In this document: one piece after another, positions 60,390 to 64,000 of the stretch
How the letters are laid out: each line of letters begins with the position of its first letter
Numbering within the stretch: the stretch's first letter is position 1
NCBI GenBank assembly: GCA_030059675.1
Contig: JANVYQ010000001.1
Location: 128,001 to 192,000 of the forward strand
DNA length: 64,000 nucleotides
Reading direction: 5' to 3'
From: Candidatus Pelearchaeum maunauluense
Lineage (GTDB): Archaea > Thermoproteota > Nitrososphaeria_A > Caldarchaeales > Caldarchaeaceae
Translations under genes and position numbers: made by a program
Notes under the pieces: model-generated
What the model saw: the letters and a program-made list of their open reading frames with translations, nothing else
The model's database searches: none
Told to the model about the DNA's origin: nothing

Positions 60390-61454
60390 TTACGCTTGTC
60401 TAGCAAGCTCCGCTACGGCGTTGGCATAAATCGCGGCGGACCTCTTCAAATCGTCTATCGTTATCTGCTCCTCGCATGTATGCGCTAGGAGAGAGTCTCC
60501 AGGGCCGCATGCCACTATGTCGCTGGTTATGGCGTAGAGGGTGTTCATGTCGCTTGTTCCTGTCTTCTTCACGATGCGTGGCTTTAGGCCTAGCCTTAGC
60601 ATGGCGCGTGAGAGAGCTCGCGCGGTCTTCGTTGATATGCTGGTCTCTACGGGCTCGGTTGTGTCTATGACTGAGACGCTGCACCCAGCCTTCTCAGCCT
60701 CCCGCGCTATGTTCTCCAACAACTCCCTGGAGCTGTAGGGCTTTGGGTAGCGGATGTTTATGGTTGCCTCTGCTTTCTCAGGCATTCTAGTAGCCCAGTC
60801 CCCGGCATGGAGCGTTGTGAGAGCTGATGTAACGTCTTCATAGCGCGTGCCGCCGTACTCGTTCTTGATGTAGCTCCATAGGGTTAGCACTTTTTCTAGA
60901 GCCGAATCAGCCATGTAGGGGGCTGAACTATGCCCTCCCCGCGCCCTGGCCTCAACACGTATCGTTAAGCTACCGCGGTAGGATGTGGCTATTCCTGTAA
61001 CGCCTGTAGGCTCGCCTATGATTATGTGATCTGCCTTGAAGCCTCGTTCAACTAGTCGCTTAGCGCCCAGCCCCGCGCCCTCCTCGTCAGCCAGCCCCGC
61101 GACAACCACCCTAACCCCCTCCAGCGCGTTCTTCACATAGCTTGCGCCCACCAGCATGCATGCTACGGAGCTCTTCGCGTCAACAGCGCCGCGGCCGTAT
61201 ATCTTCCCGCCTGAAATCTTCACGGGAAGCTCTCCAGGAACGGTATCAACATGGCTCGCGAGCATTATGGTTTTTTCGCCAGCGCCGTAGGAGGTGAAAA
61301 AGCTACCCGTCTCGTCTCTCCAGCTCCGCGGGAAACCCAGCTCCCTACATAAACGATACCAAGTATGCTCCAGCCTCCGCTCCTCGCCAGGCGGAGTATA
61401 AACCTCAAGCAGCTGGACCAAAACCTTTACGACTACGTTCTCGTCTATCTCCAA
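60390..61454 (-). CDS. lysK: [LysW]-lysine/ornithine hydrolase (M20 family)
   Basis: SHVDTVPG, YGRGAVDAK, DEE, IGEP, GGHSS, GTSDMN, GPGD...AH. Confidence 0.9.
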   Translation of the reverse strand: MEIDENVVVKVLVQLLEVYTPPGEERRLEHTWYRLCRELGFPRSWRDETGSFFTSYGAGEKTIMLASHVDTVPGELPVKISGGKIYGRGAVDAKSSVACMLVGASYVKNALEGVRVVVAGLADEEGAGLGAKRLVERGFKADHIIIGEPTGVTGIATSYRGSLTIRVEARARGGHSSAPYMADSALEKVLTLWSYIKNEYGGTRYEDVTSALTTLHAGDWATRMPEKAEATINIRYPKPYSSRELLENIAREAEKAGCSVSVIDTTEPVETSISTKTARALSRAMLRLGLKPRIVKKTGTSDMNTLYAITSDIVACGPGDSLLAHTCEEQITIDDLKRSAAIYANAVAELARQA

Positions 61455-61491
61455 AGCTGGTTAGGGCTTCAACGCGCGCTTTAATTTAGCC

Positions 61492-61943
61492 TTATTCGGC
61501 GTGAGGTACGACTATCACGGGTATCCGTGCTCCTTCTATAATTCTTCGGGCTAGGCTTCCGAGGGTTGCTGCCCTGCGTATTCCGTGGAGGCCTGTTAGC
61601 CCTATGACGATGTACCTGGGCTTGCGTGCCTCTGCTGCTGCTACAACACGCTCAGCCACATCCCCACCTCTACTATGGTATCATACTCCACGCCAGACCC
61701 AGCTACCCTCTCACCAAACCTCTGCAAAATCTCCTCAACAACCTTGGTGCTGTAAAGATACTCAGGACTAACCTCTATACGTTCAGTCTTCATGAACTCC
61801 AGAAACTCTGTAGGAACCTCAATACGTGGAATAACGTGCACGAGGATTATCTTAGCGCCTATCTCTTTCGCCAGGGCTACTGCCTCGTCAACCACCTTAT
61901 ACGAGTGGGGCGAGCCGTCTATCGCCATGAGTATAGAAGACAT
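61492..61943 (-). pseudogene. Universal stress protein (UspA), frameshifted
   Basis: ILMAIDGS. Adding one G at 61662-61665 restores EVGDVAE...LGSLARRIIEGARIPVIVVP. Confidence 0.85.
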
Positions 61944-61985
61944 GAACGGCCTCTGTTAATTTCTCCAGAGCCGCGTAGATAAGCT

Positions 61986-62744
61986 TTACACCAGTTCAGT
62001 CTTACACTTGACATAGAAGTCAAAGAACCTTATGTATCCTTTACGGTAGTATGATAGGCCTATCAGCAGGTCTATCGGCAGCAAGAAGACCTTCCCTATG
62101 TTCCTTATACCAGACTCTACTAGTGTGAGGCGTCTATCAGATACCGAGACTACGCGCACGCCTGAGATGAACTTGCCGAGGGTCTGGCCCTTATAGCTCT
62201 CCAAGAGCGTGAAGGTGATGAAGGCTGCGAAGAAGATATGCGAGTATGCTTGAATAATCTCCGTCGCGTGTTGCTGGACATCTAGCCAGTGAAGCTGTAT
62301 GAGGTGGTGTATGTTTGGGTCTAGGAATGCGCCAGTGGCTATGAAGAATACTAGAACGTCTATCAGGAAAGCCGCGGCTCGTCTCGTTACTATATCCTTA
62401 TTCAGGGGAGGCGGCGTCGGTAGGATGTCATCAAGCTGCTGCTCCCTGCTGGCTCTCTTGATAAGCTCATACGCCAGCCTGCCCGTCTTAGAGAGTATGT
62501 AGCTCCCGTTCTCCGTCGTCTCTAGGAGCGGCCGCATATTTCTTAGATGGAAGTTAAAGAGCCCCTCCTCAATCCTAAGCTCGCGGAGAAGCTCAGAATA
62601 GGTCATCTCAATACGCTCATGCAGGAGCAGTACTATTGAACGCCTTACTGTATGGCTTAATATTCTGAAGATGTCATCATGCTGCTCCATCCGCCTACCA
62701 TGGCCACGGCTCTTTCCCTCCTCTGGTCTAGCATCCCTGCTCAT
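61986..62744 (-). CDS. ArsR-like winged-HTH fused to an RDD membrane domain
   Basis: IFRILSHTVRRSI..FNFHL; RRAAAFLID, GQTLGK...G.RVV, IRN, R.FD. Confidence 0.85.
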   Translation of the reverse strand: MSRDARPEEGKSRGHGRRMEQHDDIFRILSHTVRRSIVLLLHERIEMTYSELLRELRIEEGLFNFHLRNMRPLLETTENGSYILSKTGRLAYELIKRASREQQLDDILPTPPPLNKDIVTRRAAAFLIDVLVFFIATGAFLDPNIHHLIQLHWLDVQQHATEIIQAYSHIFFAAFITFTLLESYKGQTLGKFISGVRVVSVSDRRLTLVESGIRNIGKVFLLPIDLLIGLSYYRKGYIRFFDFYVKCKTELV

Positions 62745-62851
62745 AAACTCGGTTCAGACCTACGCCATATGCTCTCCGCCTGTTTATTTAGTCTTTCAAG
62801 AAACACCACAAAACGCCGTAAATATGCGGTATAGGGAGATGAAGTAGCCAA

Positions 62852-62867
62852 GGGAAGTATTCTTCCC
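62852..62867. promoter_or_regulatory. Perfect inverted repeat GGGAAG-TATT-CTTCCC in a divergent promoter region
   Basis: Seen directly, between the HTH-RDD and cupredoxin genes. Confidence 0.45.
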
Positions 62868-62970
62868 CCACCGCGTAGATGCTTGTAAAACACTTTCGCC
62901 GCGTGCTTGTTCTCAAATTCCCTAAAACCCTTTTCATATGACCATTACACACTATCACCCGGGGTGATTC

Positions 62971-63456
62971 ATGGAAATGGCGCGTGATGGCGCGATATAC
63001 ATTAACGTAATCTCGCTGATATTGATAGCTGCATTGCTTGGTGTAGTAGTGTATTTACAGAATGATGTTCGCGCTTTAAGGAGTGAGATTCAGGAGCTTA
63101 GGGAGACAAGTAGCGGATTACCTGCAAAAGAGTTTACGTTAGAGACAACATTCTCTGATGGGTTTGCATTTTTGGGCAAGGGCGGCGCAATAGATGGTGT
63201 GAAGAATCCTACGCTAAAGGTGAAGGTTGGGGATGTTGTGAAGATAACTATAGTGAATGGCGATGGGGTTGGGCATGATTTCGTCATAGATGAACTTAAA
63301 GTCCATGCTGACCACGTGAAGGAGAAGGGCGAGAGCGTTGATGTAATATTCAAGACCGAACAGCCAGGCGAATACACATACTACTGTAGTGTCCCTGGTC
63401 ATCGCGAGGCTGGAATGGAAGGAAAGATAATAGTGGTGGAGGAAGACCAGCACTAA
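62971..63456 (+). CDS. Membrane-anchored type-1 (blue) copper protein (cupredoxin)
   Basis: N-terminal TM; GHDF; YYCSVPGHREAGM (His-Cys-His-Met ligand set). Confidence 0.9.
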   Translation: MEMARDGAIYINVISLILIAALLGVVVYLQNDVRALRSEIQELRETSSGLPAKEFTLETTFSDGFAFLGKGGAIDGVKNPTLKVKVGDVVKITIVNGDGVGHDFVIDELKVHADHVKEKGESVDVIFKTEQPGEYTYYCSVPGHREAGMEGKIIVVEEDQH

Positions 63457-63474
63457 ACCTAAATTCCCTATATT

Positions 63475-64000
63475 TTATTTACCCCCTCTTATTGTTTCCC
63501 TTAAAATTTCCATACTCTCGTTTATGTCGTTATCTGTGATTAGGTAGGGAGGTAGGAACCTCAGTACGTTAAGCCCAGCTTTTATCGCTATGAGCCCGTT
63601 TGCCTGGAGCTGTTTTATTGTTTGGGCTGGCTGTATGCGCATTTCAAGCCCTATCATAAGCCCAGCGGCGCGTAGTCCTCTGAAGATTTTTTGATTTTCT
63701 TCCACCAGCTTCTCAAGTTTAGCAGCCATCTTGCCGCCTTTCTGGGCTGCCTGCCCAGCCACATCCTCCTCTAAGAGCGTCTCAACACCCGCGGTTATCG
63801 CCGCTAATGCCAGCGGGTTCCCGCCGTGTGTTGAGCCGTGGTCTCCCTCTCTCAGGCTTGACGCTATCTCGCCGCTTATCGCAGCCATGCTCGCTGGAAA
63901 GCCGCCAGCTATTGATTTCCCCGCCACGAGTATGTCGGGCTTTACGCCAGCGTGCTCATGCGCCCATATACGGCCTGTCCTGCCAAACCCGCTTTGAATC
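63475..64000 (-). CDS. lysJ: [LysW]-aminoadipate/glutamate semialdehyde transaminase (class III), 5' end outside the window
   Basis: QSGFGRTG, PDILVAGKSIAGG, HGSTHGGNPLA, LRFLPPY. Confidence 0.88.
   Translation of the reverse strand, partial: IQSGFGRTGRIWAHEHAGVKPDILVAGKSIAGGFPASMAAISGEIASSLREGDHGSTHGGNPLALAAITAGVETLLEEDVAGQAAQKGGKMAAKLEKLVEENQKIFRGLRAAGLMIGLEMRIQPAQTIKQLQANGLIAIKAGLNVLRFLPPYLITDNDINESMEILRETIRGGK

Noticed and set aside
62853-62866. NrpR operator (GGAA-N6-TTCC match)
   Set aside because: Single site next to non-nitrogen genes, and none seen at glnA or gltB; kept only as a generic dyad.
1-64000. Genome-wide reassignment of TAG to an amino acid
   Set aside because: TAG ends many conserved genes at their expected C-termini (glnA, amtB, hisI, hisD, hisB, gnd), so at most conditional readthrough is possible.
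1-64000. tRNA/rRNA genes, transposases, integrases
   Set aside because: No T-loop/cloverleaf pattern, rRNA-like tract, or DDE/tyrosine recombinase motif was recognized by eye; tRNAscan-SE or Infernal would be decisive.

Overview
Gene-dense archaeal chromosome segment of about 54% GC, estimated by eye. PolD small subunit DP1, the aIF-1A/RIO1/Dim2/Top6B cluster, lysJ/lysK/argH and a Rieske/cytochrome b pair without cytochrome c1 point to a thermophilic TACK archaeon, probably Caldarchaeales ('Aigarchaeota'); the lineage is an inference. Core content: nitrogen assimilation (glnA-amtB-glnK, split GOGAT), scattered his genes (A, F, I, H, G-D-C-B), purP, aGTPBP, EndoQ, AlkA, rbsK-gnd and an ABC/S-layer module. 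Small AT-rich insertions carry TA pairs, a solo MNT beside an FkbM scar, and a decayed glycan-related islet after top6B. No tRNA, rRNA, CRISPR array or transposase was seen. Most notable: (1) a strongly acidic paralog of ribosomal protein eL33/L35Ae right behind PolD DP1; (2) four genes interrupted by an in-frame TAG, plus many single-base frameshifts, nearly all in accessory genes; (3) strong GATC/TCGA/CCGG avoidance with abundant CTAG, alongside an orphan DNA methyltransferase; (4) an orientation-independent AC-rich-to-GT-rich polarity flanking AT-rich spacers. All family assignments are from motif recognition, not database searches.
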